Of a stretch of 64,000 nt of DNA, positions 41,406 through 52,924 are shown piece after piece (the first letter of the stretch is position 1; every line of letters begins with the position of its first letter). A program made the translations under genes and the position numbers. This DNA is from Kofleriaceae bacterium (GTDB lineage: Bacteria > Myxococcota_A > Polyangia > Haliangiales > Haliangiaceae), in NCBI GenBank assembly GCA_048500355.1, contig JASNYD010000004.1, positions 192,001 to 256,000 on the forward strand, in the 5' to 3' direction. The notes below the pieces were generated by a model. It saw only the letters and a program-made list of their open reading frames with translations, did not search any database and was not told the DNA's origin.

Positions 41406-41885
41406 CTAGGAAGGGTTTCGCGTGAGCGGCTTCGCCGGCAGCGCGACCGTCCCGGGCGCGACACCGTTCTTCAGCGCGCCGCTCGCCTTCAGACTCGCGA
41501 GCGCCACCTCGGTCTTGCTCTCGATCCAGGCATCCACCTTCTCCGGCACCTCCCCGAAGACGCTCGAGAAGCCGAGCACCTTGGCGAGTCGCTTGAGCCC
41601 CTTCACGCCGATGTTCGACCGGGCGATCGCCACGGCGCGCCGCTTGGCCTCGAGCTTCTCGGCCTCGGTGAGGAGGCCGTCGACGCGCGCCCGCTTGAGC
41701 TCGCTCGTATACGTCTGCCACGTCTCCATCACCGCATCCGCGATCTCGTTCCAGGCCCGCTGCAGGATCTCCCGCGCGGTCTTGTGAGCGATCGTGCTCC
41801 ACACGTACTTGGTCAAGAGCATCGCCATGAGCCCCAGCGCCCACGGCACCACCTTCTCCGCATTCGTTGCCACGAACTCCAGCAT
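41406..41885 (-). CDS. Membrane-anchored phage protein (holin or spanin candidate).
   Basis: N-terminal TM helix VPWALGLMAMLLTKYVW followed by a charged helical region. GGAGG RBS. Lies adjacent to the endolysin. Confidence 0.4.
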   Translation of the reverse strand: MLEFVATNAEKVVPWALGLMAMLLTKYVWSTIAHKTAREILQRAWNEIADAVMETWQTYTSELKRARVDGLLTEAEKLEAKRRAVAIARSNIGVKGLKRLAKVLGFSSVFGEVPEKVDAWIESKTEVALASLKASGALKNGVAPGTVALPAKPLTRNPS

Positions 41886-41961
41886 CCCCATCCTCCTTCA
41901 CACAGTCGTTGTCGTGTCACCGCGCGACCGGACCATCCGGTGTGCGGAATCCCGTCGAGCG

Positions 41962-42432
41962 TCAGCCAGCCAGCGGCGACAGCTCGAAATAGTCGTACGT
42001 CAACGTGACCTGCTCGATGAGCACCTCGTCGGCGGCGTTGTCCCAGTCGCCGGCGACGAACTTCGTCGGCCACGCGTTATAGATGGACCAGCGACGGATC
42101 GTCAGGCCGTCACGGTCGAGCTGCACCAGGTCGAGCGACCGCTTGTACGCGTGATCTGTGATTCCCAGACCCGATGCGAGCTGCACGACCTCCGCGAACC
42201 AGTCGTACAGCGCGCGGTCGGTCGTCGCGCCGCGCTCGAGCGTCAGATCGCTGAACGTGAGCCGCCCCGGCACCTTGGTCGGGATGACCGATCCACCTTC
42301 CCAGTGCTCGATCTTGGCGGCCTCGACCGAGAGCTCCGACGCCTTGGCGAAGCCAACGCGACCGAGGTGTTCCACTTCAAGAATGAATGAATGCTTGCGA
42401 AAGAACGAGCGAGGGTTCCCGAAGATCGGCAT
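41962..42432 (-). CDS. Phage tail tube protein (T4 gp19 / TIGR02241-like).
   Basis: 156 aa, immediately downstream of the sheath. Motifs [17 protein letters not shown] and DYFEL are typical of conserved phage-tail-region tube proteins. Confidence 0.7.
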   Translation of the reverse strand: MPIFGNPRSFFRKHSFILEVEHLGRVGFAKASELSVEAAKIEHWEGGSVIPTKVPGRLTFSDLTLERGATTDRALYDWFAEVVQLASGLGITDHAYKRSLDLVQLDRDGLTIRRWSIYNAWPTKFVAGDWDNAADEVLIEQVTLTYDYFELSPLAG

Positions 42433-42433
42433 C

Positions 42434-44629
42434 TCACGCCTCCGCGTTGGCGAGCTCGGCGTCGAGCGCGCGCAGGTCCTGTGACAGCTCGACGATCACG
42501 AACTCGGCGGGCTTCGCGGTCGCGAGCCCGACGCGCAGCCGGAGCTGGCCATCGAGCACGCTCGACGGCGGGTTGAGCGCATCCGATACGTCGACGAAGA
42601 ACGCGGTGCGCGGATCGCGCGTCGCGAACGCGCCGATGTTCATCTGCGAGAGCAGGAACTGGAACACCGCGCGGTACACCTCGGCGCGCAGCTCTGGCGT
42701 GTTGCTCCGGTGCCGCACACGGTCGAGCCCGAGCGCGAGGCTACGCGCGATGTAGATGACGCCGCGCCGCTCGGGCACCGACGGGAAGTTGCCGGTCGCC
42801 TTGAGCGTGCGAGCGCCGTCGATGTACCGCCCGCGGATCGGGTTCACGCGGTGCGGAAACACCAGGTCGCGCGCGTTCTCGTCGAGCACCTCGTCCATCT
42901 CGGCACCGAGCACGCCGGCCAGGCGGCCGATGTCCACACCCGCCGGCGCCTCGTAGACGCCGCCCGGCCGCGCGCCATCGGTGCGCGCGTAGACCCCGGC
43001 GATGTGTCCCGAGGGCGGCACGATCAGATCCTCGGCGGGACCGAGCGCTCGCGGGCTGGGGTTGGTCACCCGAACGCGAGGCCAGTACACCGCGCCGAAC
43101 TCCGACCGCCCCTCGATCCCACCGACGCCGGCCACGTACGCGACGACGTCGTCGGCCGTCAGCGCGGGAGCCACGTCGAGGATCGCGAACACACGCCCGC
43201 GGCGCACCTCCTCGCAGTAAGTGAGGAGTCCCTCGTGCGCAACCGCCGAGCTGCGCCCGGGTATTGCAACGATCGACAGTTCGTCCACGGCGTCGAGCGC
43301 GCGCAGCCCCGAGCGCGCCACGGGCGAGCCGAGGAAGTCGAGGTCGCCGAGCCCGGCAAGGCCGTCGCCCCCCTGCGCCAGCTCGACGCTCTGCGCGTCC
43401 GGCCGCGGTCGACCTGACAGCGCGAGGTCATCGACCTGGATGAGACGCGATCCGGTGCGAGCGTGGTTGACGATGGTCGGCGCGTAGCGAGCCGTGGCCG
43501 GATCCATCGTGAGCGCGAGGTACGACTCGCGCATCCGCGCCCCCTCGGTGACAAGGAGGTCGAAGGTTGCCCCGACGCCCGGTCGCACCGTGATCGTGAG
43601 CCGGTTGGCGTAGATTCCCGGATCGCGCCCTCGAGCGCGCAGCACCACCGAGCTCACGCCTGCGCTCCCCACGTGCGCGAGCAGATCCAGCCCGAGCGCC
43701 GGGGTCGTTCCGCCCTGAACCTGCAGGCGCGCTTGCGGACCCGTCGAGAGCCCGCGCAGGACCAGTGCACCCTGCGCATTAGCCTCCGCGCGGACACCCG
43801 CGCCGAGCGCGCCGAGGAGCGCGTCGATCTCGACGATCGTCACCGCGGCGAGCCGATCGACCGAGCCCGCGCCGTGTGCGATGTCGCTCCCGAACGAGAG
43901 CGCGGCCGTCGCCGTCCCACCCACGATCTGGAGCTGGCTCGCCCGGCCGGCCGACGCTGTCGCGAGCTCCACGGCACCGCCCGCGGCCACCGCGGCAACG
44001 GCGCCCGCCAGCGCGGCGTTCATGACCGCCGCCACCTCGGCGGCCGTCGCCTGCGTGATCGCAGCGAAGTCCTGCGCCCGGCACGTGACCGTGGCCGGCG
44101 CGTTGCCGTCGATCGCGACCTCGAGAGTCATTCCGTCGGCGAGGAGGAACGGCTCGCCTCCCGAGGTCACGAGCCGTGCTGGTGTCCCCGTGAACGTCAC
44201 GACGAGGGGCGCGGCGCCGTCGACTGCGATGCTGAGGAGCTCACCGTCGGCCACGGCGAACGGGGCGACCGCGCCGGTGACGATCGCAGGCTGTGGCGCC
44301 ACCGCGGAGACGAGCGCGGCGCTCGCGGCGACGGCGGTCATGCTGCCGGCGTCGTCCGGGTCTTGGTAGTGCGCGGTGCGCACCACGTGGAGGACGCGCC
44401 CACCGTTCTGGAAGAAGCCGAGGACGGCGTGAGGAAGGTCGGCGCCCGGCACGAACCCGCCGAACACGCGCGCATACTCCTCCCAGTTCCCGACACGGAC
44501 GGCCGTTCCGATGGGGCCGCGCTCCGCGATGCCGACCAGGCCGACGACCGCCGTCGCCGCGGACGTGACGATCCGGACCGGCGGGTCCTCCTCGCGAATG
44601 ATGACCTTCGATGCTCCGAGCTCAGCCAC
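42434..44629 (-). CDS. Phage tail sheath protein.
   Basis: 731 aa. N-terminal GVFIxE-like region ([25 protein letters not shown]) and C-terminal sheath domain ([19 protein letters not shown]...GVIYIARSL). Confidence 0.85.
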   Translation of the reverse strand: MAELGASKVIIREEDPPVRIVTSAATAVVGLVGIAERGPIGTAVRVGNWEEYARVFGGFVPGADLPHAVLGFFQNGGRVLHVVRTAHYQDPDDAGSMTAVAASAALVSAVAPQPAIVTGAVAPFAVADGELLSIAVDGAAPLVVTFTGTPARLVTSGGEPFLLADGMTLEVAIDGNAPATVTCRAQDFAAITQATAAEVAAVMNAALAGAVAAVAAGGAVELATASAGRASQLQIVGGTATAALSFGSDIAHGAGSVDRLAAVTIVEIDALLGALGAGVRAEANAQGALVLRGLSTGPQARLQVQGGTTPALGLDLLAHVGSAGVSSVVLRARGRDPGIYANRLTITVRPGVGATFDLLVTEGARMRESYLALTMDPATARYAPTIVNHARTGSRLIQVDDLALSGRPRPDAQSVELAQGGDGLAGLGDLDFLGSPVARSGLRALDAVDELSIVAIPGRSSAVAHEGLLTYCEEVRRGRVFAILDVAPALTADDVVAYVAGVGGIEGRSEFGAVYWPRVRVTNPSPRALGPAEDLIVPPSGHIAGVYARTDGARPGGVYEAPAGVDIGRLAGVLGAEMDEVLDENARDLVFPHRVNPIRGRYIDGARTLKATGNFPSVPERRGVIYIARSLALGLDRVRHRSNTPELRAEVYRAVFQFLLSQMNIGAFATRDPRTAFFVDVSDALNPPSSVLDGQLRLRVGLATAKPAEFVIVELSQDLRALDAELANAEA

Positions 44630-45533
44630 CTTGCACCACCTCTCTCCCGCCCTCGCTCAGCTCGAGCTGGGTCGCCTCGGTTGCGGGCACCACCACCCCG
44701 GTGGCGTTCCCGTGGTCCAGGGTCACGCCCCGGATCCGGATCTGCGTCGTGAACACATGGATGCCATCCGCCCCCGCGGGCGCGGCCCGCATGCCGCCGT
44801 CGACGTCGAGCTCCCAGCGAAGCTCTCCCGCCGCCGGCTCCTGCGGATCTCTCGGGAGCGCGAGCCAGCGCGTGCGCCCCAGGAAGCGCGACATCACCGC
44901 GACCAGGTTGAGGAGCTCGACGGCGCGCTGCGACGAGCCTGTGACGGCGAAGACCAGGTCGACCGTCAGACCGGGTGACTCCTCGACGAGGCGCGGGCCG
45001 GCGGGCGTCTCGACAGTGCGACGCACCGGCGCGACCGGCGCGTAGAAGCGGTTGACCTCGAGCGCCGGACCGCCCAGCGTGAGCGACGGCGACGCCGCGA
45101 GCGGCACCAGACGCGCGCCGTCGAACACGTCGTCGTCGAAGTCGACGGCGACGCTGTAGCGCACGCTCGGGGTGACGTGATCCCGCAGCAGGTGGAGGAG
45201 CGCGCGCGTGATCGCGGCGACGATGCCCTCGACCGCGAGGCTCGACGGCTCGGCCGTGTAGCCGCGCCACTCCGCTCGCTCGCCCGGGACCGGCCGGCCA
45301 CGTTCGTCGAGGTTCTCGACGACGAGGTTCGCCTCGCCGATGACGAGCGGCGGGAGGCGCAACCAGAAGACCGAGCCGACGGCGTGCTCCTCTCGCGCCG
45401 AGAACAGCACCGGCCGATCGCCCAGCCAGATGGCGACCTGCGGCGCAGCGTCGCCAACGACGAGGCGCACGAGCTCGCCACCCACGCTCGGACCGCGCGA
45501 TGGTGACATCGAGACGATGGCTGGGACGGCCAT
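44622..45533 (-). CDS. Hypothetical phage structural-region protein.
   Basis: GGAGG RBS before ATG (MAVPAIVSMSP). The Arg-rich N-terminus of track ORF 44622..46217 is judged spurious. No family assignment. Confidence 0.4.
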   Translation of the reverse strand: MAVPAIVSMSPSRGPSVGGELVRLVVGDAAPQVAIWLGDRPVLFSAREEHAVGSVFWLRLPPLVIGEANLVVENLDERGRPVPGERAEWRGYTAEPSSLAVEGIVAAITRALLHLLRDHVTPSVRYSVAVDFDDDVFDGARLVPLAASPSLTLGGPALEVNRFYAPVAPVRRTVETPAGPRLVEESPGLTVDLVFAVTGSSQRAVELLNLVAVMSRFLGRTRWLALPRDPQEPAAGELRWELDVDGGMRAAPAGADGIHVFTTQIRIRGVTLDHGNATGVVVPATEATQLELSEGGREVVQGG

Positions 45534-45535
45534 GG

Positions 45536-46132
45536 CTACACGCCTCCGGTGAGGTCGGCGGCGACGCGCGTGAGGAACCGGCGCGTGGCACCGACCTGGA
45601 ACGCCGCGAGCACCGGTCGCATGAATGGCCGCGGCGGGATCTGGATGACGATGACGCCCGCGCCAGGACCGTCGGTCCTCTGCGCCGCCCGTCCCGCTTG
45701 ACGATAGAGCGCGAAGAGGAAGCGCCGCATCCTCGGCGTGATCGGGACGATCGTTGGCCCGGTGCCGTACTCGTGCGCGAGGGCGCGCGCCGACAGGCTG
45801 TGTCCGTCGCGCCCCCGCGCCGTGCCGGGGATCCCGACAAAGACGAGGCTCGCGCGCCGGATCACCGCGAGTGCGTTCCGCAGCTCGGCCGTGCGGATCA
45901 GGACCTTCGACCCGCGGAAGCGGCGAAGCTGCCGCGCAGCGACGGTAAGCGGCGCGAGCGGCCTGAGTGCGTGTCCCGCGGGAGCCTGCCTGTCGAGGCC
46001 CTCGACGAGCGCCGTGCGCAGCGCGTGTGCTTCCTGCAGGAGCGCCCGATCCACGCTCCTGCCGAGGTCGCGCGCGCCTTTCGCAAGGATGCGCTGTGCC
46101 CGACGCCAGTCCCCCGTCTTCTGGATGCTCAT
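45536..46132 (-). CDS. Phage virion morphogenesis / tail-completion-like protein (Mu gpG / HK97 gp10-like).
   Basis: GGAGG RBS before ATG (MSIQKTGDW). Pattern ...YGTGPTIVPITPRMRRFLFALY resembles morphogenesis-family proteins. Confidence 0.4.
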   Translation of the reverse strand: MSIQKTGDWRRAQRILAKGARDLGRSVDRALLQEAHALRTALVEGLDRQAPAGHALRPLAPLTVAARQLRRFRGSKVLIRTAELRNALAVIRRASLVFVGIPGTARGRDGHSLSARALAHEYGTGPTIVPITPRMRRFLFALYRQAGRAAQRTDGPGAGVIVIQIPPRPFMRPVLAAFQVGATRRFLTRVAADLTGGV

Positions 46133-46632
46133 CCGACCCTCCGCGCCGCCGGCCGATCGACGAACGTCGCCAGGACGAGGTTCGCCTGCGGAGTCCGACC
46201 GAGGCCCCAGCCCGCAAGCTTGGCCTCGGTCAGGTACAGGCCACGCCCCTCCCGAGGCACCCACAGGGCGATCCCCGCGAGCGAGCGCAGCGCGGCGAGC
46301 CGATCGCCCGGGCGCAGGTCGAGCGTCCCGGTGCTCCGATCATAGACACCTCGCGCCGCGAGCTCTCGGGTATGGAAGACCAGCGTGAGCTCGCTCCGCG
46401 GTACGTCGCCCGCCGCCGTCATGGCGAGGTGCTCCTGCGCCTTCGGCTCGACCTGGCACAACAGATCGATGGGTGGCAGCTCCACGCGCTCGACGTCGGC
46501 AACGCCATCGCCGTCGGTATCGACGAGCCGCGGCTCGGCGAAGTCCGGATCGAACCCGGGCGCCACCGCGGTCGCCCCCGGGTCGACGCGACATAGGGTC
46601 GCCCGGACGGGGAAGATCAATCGGCCACTCAT
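46129..46632 (-). CDS. Hypothetical head-tail joining region protein.
   Basis: 167 aa. Lies between the connector and morphogenesis genes. Confidence 0.35.
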   Translation of the reverse strand: MSGRLIFPVRATLCRVDPGATAVAPGFDPDFAEPRLVDTDGDGVADVERVELPPIDLLCQVEPKAQEHLAMTAAGDVPRSELTLVFHTRELAARGVYDRSTGTLDLRPGDRLAALRSLAGIALWVPREGRGLYLTEAKLAGWGLGRTPQANLVLATFVDRPAARRVG

Positions 46633-47249
46633 ACGGCTCCCATGCGGCTGTGCCGCACGTACGGCCAGAGCACCGCATCGACCTCGGGAACGTCCGTGAG
46701 CGAACGCTCCCCGGCGCTGCGGTCGCTGTACGTGACCGCCTGGTCACGGGTGCGCTCGCTGACGATCCGTCGCCCCGCCATACCGCCATCCTCGCCGAGC
46801 GGCACGAGCCACCGCAGCGCGAGCAAGATCGCCGCGCGCCGGACCGCCAGCGGCGTGCGTCCCTCGGGCGTGCCGTCGTGCTCGGTGTAGCCCCAGCGGC
46901 CGGCGACGCGCACGTTGCGCGCGCCGTAGCTGAAGAAACCGCGGAGCCGCGTGATGCGCGGCCCGTCATTGCCCGAGAGCACCGGCGCACCGCTCACGTC
47001 GAGGTGGCTCACGTCGAGCGGGAGATCCCAGTCGGAGATCTCGTCGATCCGGATCGGAAAGTACGGCGGGTAGACGGACGGCGCGCCCGTGCCCGGCAGC
47101 CGGAGCACGAGGGTGCGCGCTTCGAAGAACTGGCCGGTGACCTGATCGATCAGCCGGCTGGCTTCCTCGAGCAGGAGCGTGAGTCGCGCGTCGTCCGCGA
47201 CGACGTCGGTTACTCCCTCCGCGCGCAGGTCCGCCACCGTCGCGTACAC
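46629..47249 (-). CDS. Head-tail connector protein (gp6-like).
   Basis: N-terminus MYATVADLRAEGVTDVVADDARLTLLLEEASRLIDQ, typical of gp6-like head-tail connector proteins. Confidence 0.5.
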   Translation of the reverse strand: MYATVADLRAEGVTDVVADDARLTLLLEEASRLIDQVTGQFFEARTLVLRLPGTGAPSVYPPYFPIRIDEISDWDLPLDVSHLDVSGAPVLSGNDGPRITRLRGFFSYGARNVRVAGRWGYTEHDGTPEGRTPLAVRRAAILLALRWLVPLGEDGGMAGRRIVSERTRDQAVTYSDRSAGERSLTDVPEVDAVLWPYVRHSRMGAV

Positions 47250-47252
47250 GAC

Positions 47253-47669
47253 CTACTCCCTCTCCTTCCGGGCCGCACCGCCCGCGCCGCGCCGTCCGCG
47301 CTCGTCGCCCGCTGCCGCGACGGTCGACGTGCCGTCGGGCAGATCGGCGGTGGTCACGACACCGCGCCCCTCGAGGACCGGGAGGTTGTCGGTGGCGCGA
47401 CGCACTGCCTGCGCGTCGCGCGCCTCGCTCTCGTCGATGACCCGCGCCTCGGTGTCCGTGGCGACGTCGAACGCCAGCGCGCTGTGCGGATCGCCGTCGA
47501 CCTGCCGCACCTCGGCGAGGTAGTCGGCGATCGCCTTGGGGACCCGCGACCAGCCCTGGCCGGCGACGAACGTGATGCCCTTGTAGGTGAACCGGCGCAG
47601 GCCGTGGCCGCGCCGCTTCTCGACGGCCTTGAGCCGTACCAGTCGACTGTCGTTTCGAGCTTCCATCAC
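47253..47669 (-). CDS. Hypothetical phage head-region protein.
   Basis: 138 aa, downstream of the MCP. No family assignment. Confidence 0.35.
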   Translation of the reverse strand: MMEARNDSRLVRLKAVEKRRGHGLRRFTYKGITFVAGQGWSRVPKAIADYLAEVRQVDGDPHSALAFDVATDTEARVIDESEARDAQAVRRATDNLPVLEGRGVVTTADLPDGTSTVAAAGDERGRRGAGGAARKERE

Positions 47670-47745
47670 ACACTCCTACGGTGAGCGGGCGCGCCTCTGG
47701 CGCCACCCGCGGTTGCGTTCGTCTCTCGGTCTCGGTTCCGGCCGG

Positions 47746-48690
<945 letters not shown>

Positions 48691-48715
48691 CCCCTTCCCG
48701 CCGCCCTCGCGGCTG

Positions 48716-49498
48716 CTACTTGTCCCCGTGGAACGAGAGCGACTTGTCGACCGACGCGCGGTCCATCGGCGCGTTCAGGTCGAGCGGCCAGCTCACGTCA
48801 TCCTCGTCACCAGGGTCGCCGCCGGCTCCGCCACCCTCGGGTGTGCGCGACGCCGGCAGGCCCACGTTCTTCTCGACCTTGCCGATGCGGTCGCCCTGTT
48901 CTTTGAGCTGCGTCTCGAGCTTCGAGATCGAGCCGGCGATGCCGTCGAGCTTGGCCATCACCGGGTCCGCGCCACCGGGCGCCGCGTCCCGCTTCTGCGC
49001 CGGCGCGGTGACCGCTGTCTGAAGCCGCGCGAGCGCCGCCTTGACCTGGTTGAGGAGCGCCGTGACCGACTCGGCCGCCTTGCGACGGCGCTCGGCCTCC
49101 GCCTTCTCGTCCTCGTCCTCGTCGTCGTCCTCCTCTCCGCCTTCCTCGTCGTCGTCGTCGGCGCCTCCGCCACCACCGCCGCCCTTCGGCTTCTTCGGCG
49201 GCGGAAACGCCTTCTCCGCCGCGTCGATCGTGACCAGCTCGGCCAGCGCGGTGACCGCCTCGGTCAGCGCGGCCATCGCCTCGGTCCCGCCCGTCGCGGC
49301 TCCGCCGCCGCTCCCACCATCGCCCGGCGCGTCGTCCGGCGCCGGCGTTCCTTCGTCCGCCATCTTCTGTCTCCTCTTCACGATCAGGAAGCGGCGCTGG
49401 TTCGCCGCCCGATCGACGAGGCTGACTTCCTCGACGATCATGTCCACCAGCCGATGCACGCCGTCGGCGCGCTCGGAGTCATCGTTGTCGCCGGCCAT
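48716..49498 (-). CDS. Putative capsid scaffolding protein.
   Basis: AAGGAG RBS before ATG ([13 protein letters not shown]). Conserved N-terminus ([22 protein letters not shown]), acidic Gly/Asp/Glu-rich linkers and coiled-coil segments. Lies between the protease-domain gene and the MCP. Confidence 0.45.
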   Translation of the reverse strand: MAGDNDDSERADGVHRLVDMIVEEVSLVDRAANQRRFLIVKRRQKMADEGTPAPDDAPGDGGSGGGAATGGTEAMAALTEAVTALAELVTIDAAEKAFPPPKKPKGGGGGGGADDDDEEGGEEDDDEDEDEKAEAERRRKAAESVTALLNQVKAALARLQTAVTAPAQKRDAAPGGADPVMAKLDGIAGSISKLETQLKEQGDRIGKVEKNVGLPASRTPEGGGAGGDPGDEDDVSWPLDLNAPMDRASVDKSLSFHGDK

Positions 49499-50823
49499 CA
49501 CGCCGCTCCTTCGCCGCCCGGCTCGGGCACACGCCGTGCCGAGCCGCCGATCGAGAAGCCGGTAAAGTCGCCGGACTTGACCTTCGCCCACAGCGCATCC
49601 GACAGGACGTGGACGCCGAGCAGCCAGGTGCCCTTCTTCACCACCTCCTCGCCGATTCGCAGGTCGTCGAGCGCGAGATAGCTCTCCACGATCTTCACCT
49701 GCCCGTTCACCGGCACCTGGTGCATGAGGCCCAGGCCGCGGAACTCCTCCAGGAACCGGTGCGCGACCTTGCGCACCTCCTCCGCCGAGTAGATGTCCTC
49801 CTGCGCGTCGACCGTCTCCGGCTCGAGCACGACCCCCAGCACGAACCGCTGCTCGCCGCGCTCCTCCGCCTTGAGGACCCGTCCGGTGATGCGGAACTCG
49901 TCCTCGACTTGGCCGTCCCAGTCATCGATCTGCACCTCGTCGGTGCTGAGCCCCGCAAGCGCCTTGGCCGTCGGCTCATAGTTCGAAGCCAAGATCTGGG
50001 TGAGCACGCTCGAGCCGCCCACGCCGCGCATCGAGCGGATCGTCCGCGGCGTGCGGATGCGCTTGACCGTGAAGCCCGCCTCGACGAGGGCCTTGGGCAG
50101 CGTGCCGCGAATCCCGTACGTCATGAGCCACTTGCCCTTCAGGTCCTTCAGCACCTTGAGGAAGCGGGCCTCGTCGAACTTCTTCTCGCCGACGTTCGCG
50201 TCGTACCCGGCGTACGGCGGGTCGAGGAAGAACACCGTGCTCTTGCCGTCGTACTTCCGCACGACCTTCTCGTAGTCGCCGTCGTAGACCTTCACCTTGC
50301 GCAACCGCGGCGCGTGCTGCGCCACGCGGTCCACGGTCGACGCCTCGACGCCCTGCGCCACCGGCGAGAAGCTCCGTCCGCGCAGCTTCCCGTACGAGAA
50401 GTGCGTGACGTAGAGGAACTTGTAGAGCCAGTCCACGTCGCTCGACGGCTCGGCATCGTAGAGCTTGAGAAAGGTCGACTTGTCGCCCTTCCAGCTCCGC
50501 GACCGCAGCTTGCCGAGGAACGCGTCGTCGGACCGCTGGATGAGTCGGTACGCCTTCGCGATGTCGGCATCGAAGTCGTTGATCGCCTCCACGGCTGCTG
50601 GCTCCTTCGCGAACAGCACTGCGGCGCTCCCCGCGAAGGGCTCGACGTAGGTCGTGTGCGTCGGCAGGAGCCCGGCGAGCCGCTTGGCGATGCGTCGCTT
50701 GCCGGCGGGCGAGCTCCAGATGGTCTTCTCGACCTCCTCGCGCGCTCCGAGCGTGAGCGCCGTCAGCCGCTCGATCGCCGTCCGAACGCGGGCCAGCGCT
50801 TCGGCCGATCCGACCGTCGTCAT
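49498..50823 (-). CDS. DNA N6-adenine methyltransferase (Dam, D12 class) fused to a C-terminal XkdF-like prohead-protease domain.
   Basis: Dam motifs YVEPFAGSAAV...INDFDADIAKAYRLI and FFLDPPYAGY. The C-terminal 170 aa match the XkdF pattern (VLEPETVDAQEDIYSAEEVRKVAHRF...IVESYLA...GTWLLGVHVLSDALWAKVKSGDFTGFSIGG). Strong GGGAGG RBS. The long N-terminal extension of track ORF 49498..51147 is judged spurious. Confidence 0.7.
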   Translation of the reverse strand: MTTVGSAEALARVRTAIERLTALTLGAREEVEKTIWSSPAGKRRIAKRLAGLLPTHTTYVEPFAGSAAVLFAKEPAAVEAINDFDADIAKAYRLIQRSDDAFLGKLRSRSWKGDKSTFLKLYDAEPSSDVDWLYKFLYVTHFSYGKLRGRSFSPVAQGVEASTVDRVAQHAPRLRKVKVYDGDYEKVVRKYDGKSTVFFLDPPYAGYDANVGEKKFDEARFLKVLKDLKGKWLMTYGIRGTLPKALVEAGFTVKRIRTPRTIRSMRGVGGSSVLTQILASNYEPTAKALAGLSTDEVQIDDWDGQVEDEFRITGRVLKAEERGEQRFVLGVVLEPETVDAQEDIYSAEEVRKVAHRFLEEFRGLGLMHQVPVNGQVKIVESYLALDDLRIGEEVVKKGTWLLGVHVLSDALWAKVKSGDFTGFSIGGSARRVPEPGGEGAA

Positions 50824-51365
50824 GGCCGACCTCCCGCCACGCGCGCAACCCTGAGCGCGCGCACCCTCGCGCGCCCAGAAGCCGCTCGCGCTGTGCGGTG
50901 TCGCTCGTCGGGACGGCCGCCCTCGAGCGCGCCACGACCACGCAGCCAGGAGATCACCCGGCGCTGGGTCTGCACCTTGAGCCACGCTGGCGACACCCGA
51001 CGCCGCGGACGGAGCCGACACACGACGTCGAGAAACGCCACGACGACCAGGCTGTTTCCGTCGTCTTGGGACATCGCCTCCGATTCGAAGCGGCGGGCGA
51101 TGCGCTCGAGCCACGTGCGGCACGCGATGACCAGCGCCGCCGACCACGCCGGAGCCGGCGAGCGTTGGGCCTGACGGGTCAGCGCACCGACCAGGAGCTC
51201 GAGCCGCGCGTGAGAAGCGTCATGCAGCACCCGCGCAAGCGCTGGCCCAGTGCCCATCGCACGAAGGACGTGCTCCTTGGACGCGGCGATGTCGACGCCG
51301 TGCCAGGCGCTCGGTCGCGCCAGCCAGGCGGCCAGCCGTTCGATCAGCTCCTGGAATGAGCTCAC
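50820..51365 (-). CDS. Hypothetical phage protein.
   Basis: 181 aa. Its stop overlaps the Dam start (ATGA). Confidence 0.35.
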   Translation of the reverse strand: MSSFQELIERLAAWLARPSAWHGVDIAASKEHVLRAMGTGPALARVLHDASHARLELLVGALTRQAQRSPAPAWSAALVIACRTWLERIARRFESEAMSQDDGNSLVVVAFLDVVCRLRPRRRVSPAWLKVQTQRRVISWLRGRGALEGGRPDERHRTARAASGRARVRALRVARVAGGRP

Positions 51366-51700
51366 TGCCCACCTCCGTGCGTCCAGCTCGTTCGCCAGAG
51401 CGCGAGGAAGTCATCGAGACGCATGATGACGATCGGCTCCGAATGATTGTCCTTGCAGATCGCGACCGGCATGCGCGTCCCGGCCGCGTCGCGGATCGCC
51501 TGCGCGAGTGCCGCGCGGTGGTTCACCTTCTGGCCGTGCTTGCACTCGACCCAGAGGCCAGGCACATCGACGTCCGGTGCCTCCGCGCCGCTCCGCGCCT
51601 GCGCGCCGCGGCGGATCGGCAACTCGGGCACCTCGGCGCGGAACCGATGGACAACGTCGAGCTCCCAGCGCTTCCCCTTCGTGCGCGAGCGGCGGCCCAT
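51362..51700 (-). CDS. Hjc-like PD-(D/E)XK nuclease (putative Holliday junction resolvase).
   Basis: KGKRWELDVVHRFRA...RSG...DVDV...WVECKHGQK pattern (E...D...ExK). Confidence 0.5.
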   Translation of the reverse strand: MGRRSRTKGKRWELDVVHRFRAEVPELPIRRGAQARSGAEAPDVDVPGLWVECKHGQKVNHRAALAQAIRDAAGTRMPVAICKDNHSEPIVIMRLDDFLALWRTSWTHGGGQ

Positions 51701-52425
51701 CAGCGCACCTCCGCGTCACGCCGCGCCTGCCGGATCTTGAGGAGCCCGGCTGCGGCGTAGTGGAGGCCGTCGATGACCTCCTCGAACGCCTCCGTCGCGT
51801 AGTCACGTCCGTCGTCGAGCGTCCACTCGCCGTAGGACTTCTTCCCCGCGGAGAGCCGCCGCGCGCACGTCCCGAGGATCTTGCGCTCGTCGGAACCGAG
51901 CCCGAGCGCAAGCGCGAGCCACAGGCCACCCTCGGCGAAGTGCCGAACGACACGTACCAGGAAGATCGCCCGCTCGCGCGCCAACGTGCCGGGCGGTGTC
52001 AGCGACAGACGCTCGGCAAGCCGCTCGATCGCCGGGTCGGCCTCATCGTCGAGGAGGCCAATGAGCGCGGTCGCCGCGCGGAGCTCGAGGTCGAACGGGG
52101 ACCGCGTCAGGAACTCCTCCGGCGCCGGATGGTGTTGTCGAAGCGCCTCGACCGCGCGCTTCAGATCCCAGGCGACGAGCAACGCTCCCTCCGCCGCCTC
52201 CCCGACCATCTCGGCGACGGTCTCCGCCTTGACGGGTACCGCGTCGAAGGTCTCGACGCTGTCGGCCCGGTGAACGCTGGCCGACGCTGTCCCACCCTCG
52301 ATTGCGAACAGAGACTCGATGCGACCCGCACAGCTCAGTCGCATGCAGACAACGTCGTCTTGCTTGTCCCTGGCCGTTGCCAGGATGCAGATCGGCAGCC
52401 GCGCCGTTCTCGGCTCGCTCTCCAT
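51700..52425 (-). CDS. Hypothetical phage protein.
   Basis: 241 aa. It is the first gene of the leftward late/structural transcription unit after the divergent region. Confidence 0.35.
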   Translation of the reverse strand: MESEPRTARLPICILATARDKQDDVVCMRLSCAGRIESLFAIEGGTASASVHRADSVETFDAVPVKAETVAEMVGEAAEGALLVAWDLKRAVEALRQHHPAPEEFLTRSPFDLELRAATALIGLLDDEADPAIERLAERLSLTPPGTLARERAIFLVRVVRHFAEGGLWLALALGLGSDERKILGTCARRLSAGKKSYGEWTLDDGRDYATEAFEEVIDGLHYAAAGLLKIRQARRDAEVR

Positions 52426-52924
52426 GACTCCTCCGCTCGTGTGATTTCGGCGACCCGCTGTCGCCCACCCAGCCGGGACGCGCGCCGCCGCGCGTCCCGA
52501 CTACCCTCGCGCCCCGCGACCGCCCCACGCACCCGCGTCCTGTCGGGCGCGCCCAACCGCCGCGCCGCAGACGCGACCGTGGCGACGCGCATCGGTCCGA
52601 CTGGTCCCGCAGGCCATGGGGTCGGTCGTATTCGTCCCGTTCACGCGGTCGACCCTACGGACGTGAGAGCGCGCGCGATAGGCGTGTTCCGAAACGTCAG
52701 TCGGTTCCGCGCATCCCGTAACGGCTCGCGTCGCACCGAAGGACACGCCTTGACGAGAAGCTCGGAACGGACCGCTGCGGGCGTCACGAAAGATCAACCG
52801 CCGCTGTTGTTTCCGGAAGCAGCCCGGTGGCCCTACCTTTGCCCGAGCGGTGAGCGTGGCTTCGACGCCGAAATCGTCGACGTCTCGCGAAACCGCGCCG
52901 CCGGCCTGCCGATACGCGCGCGCG

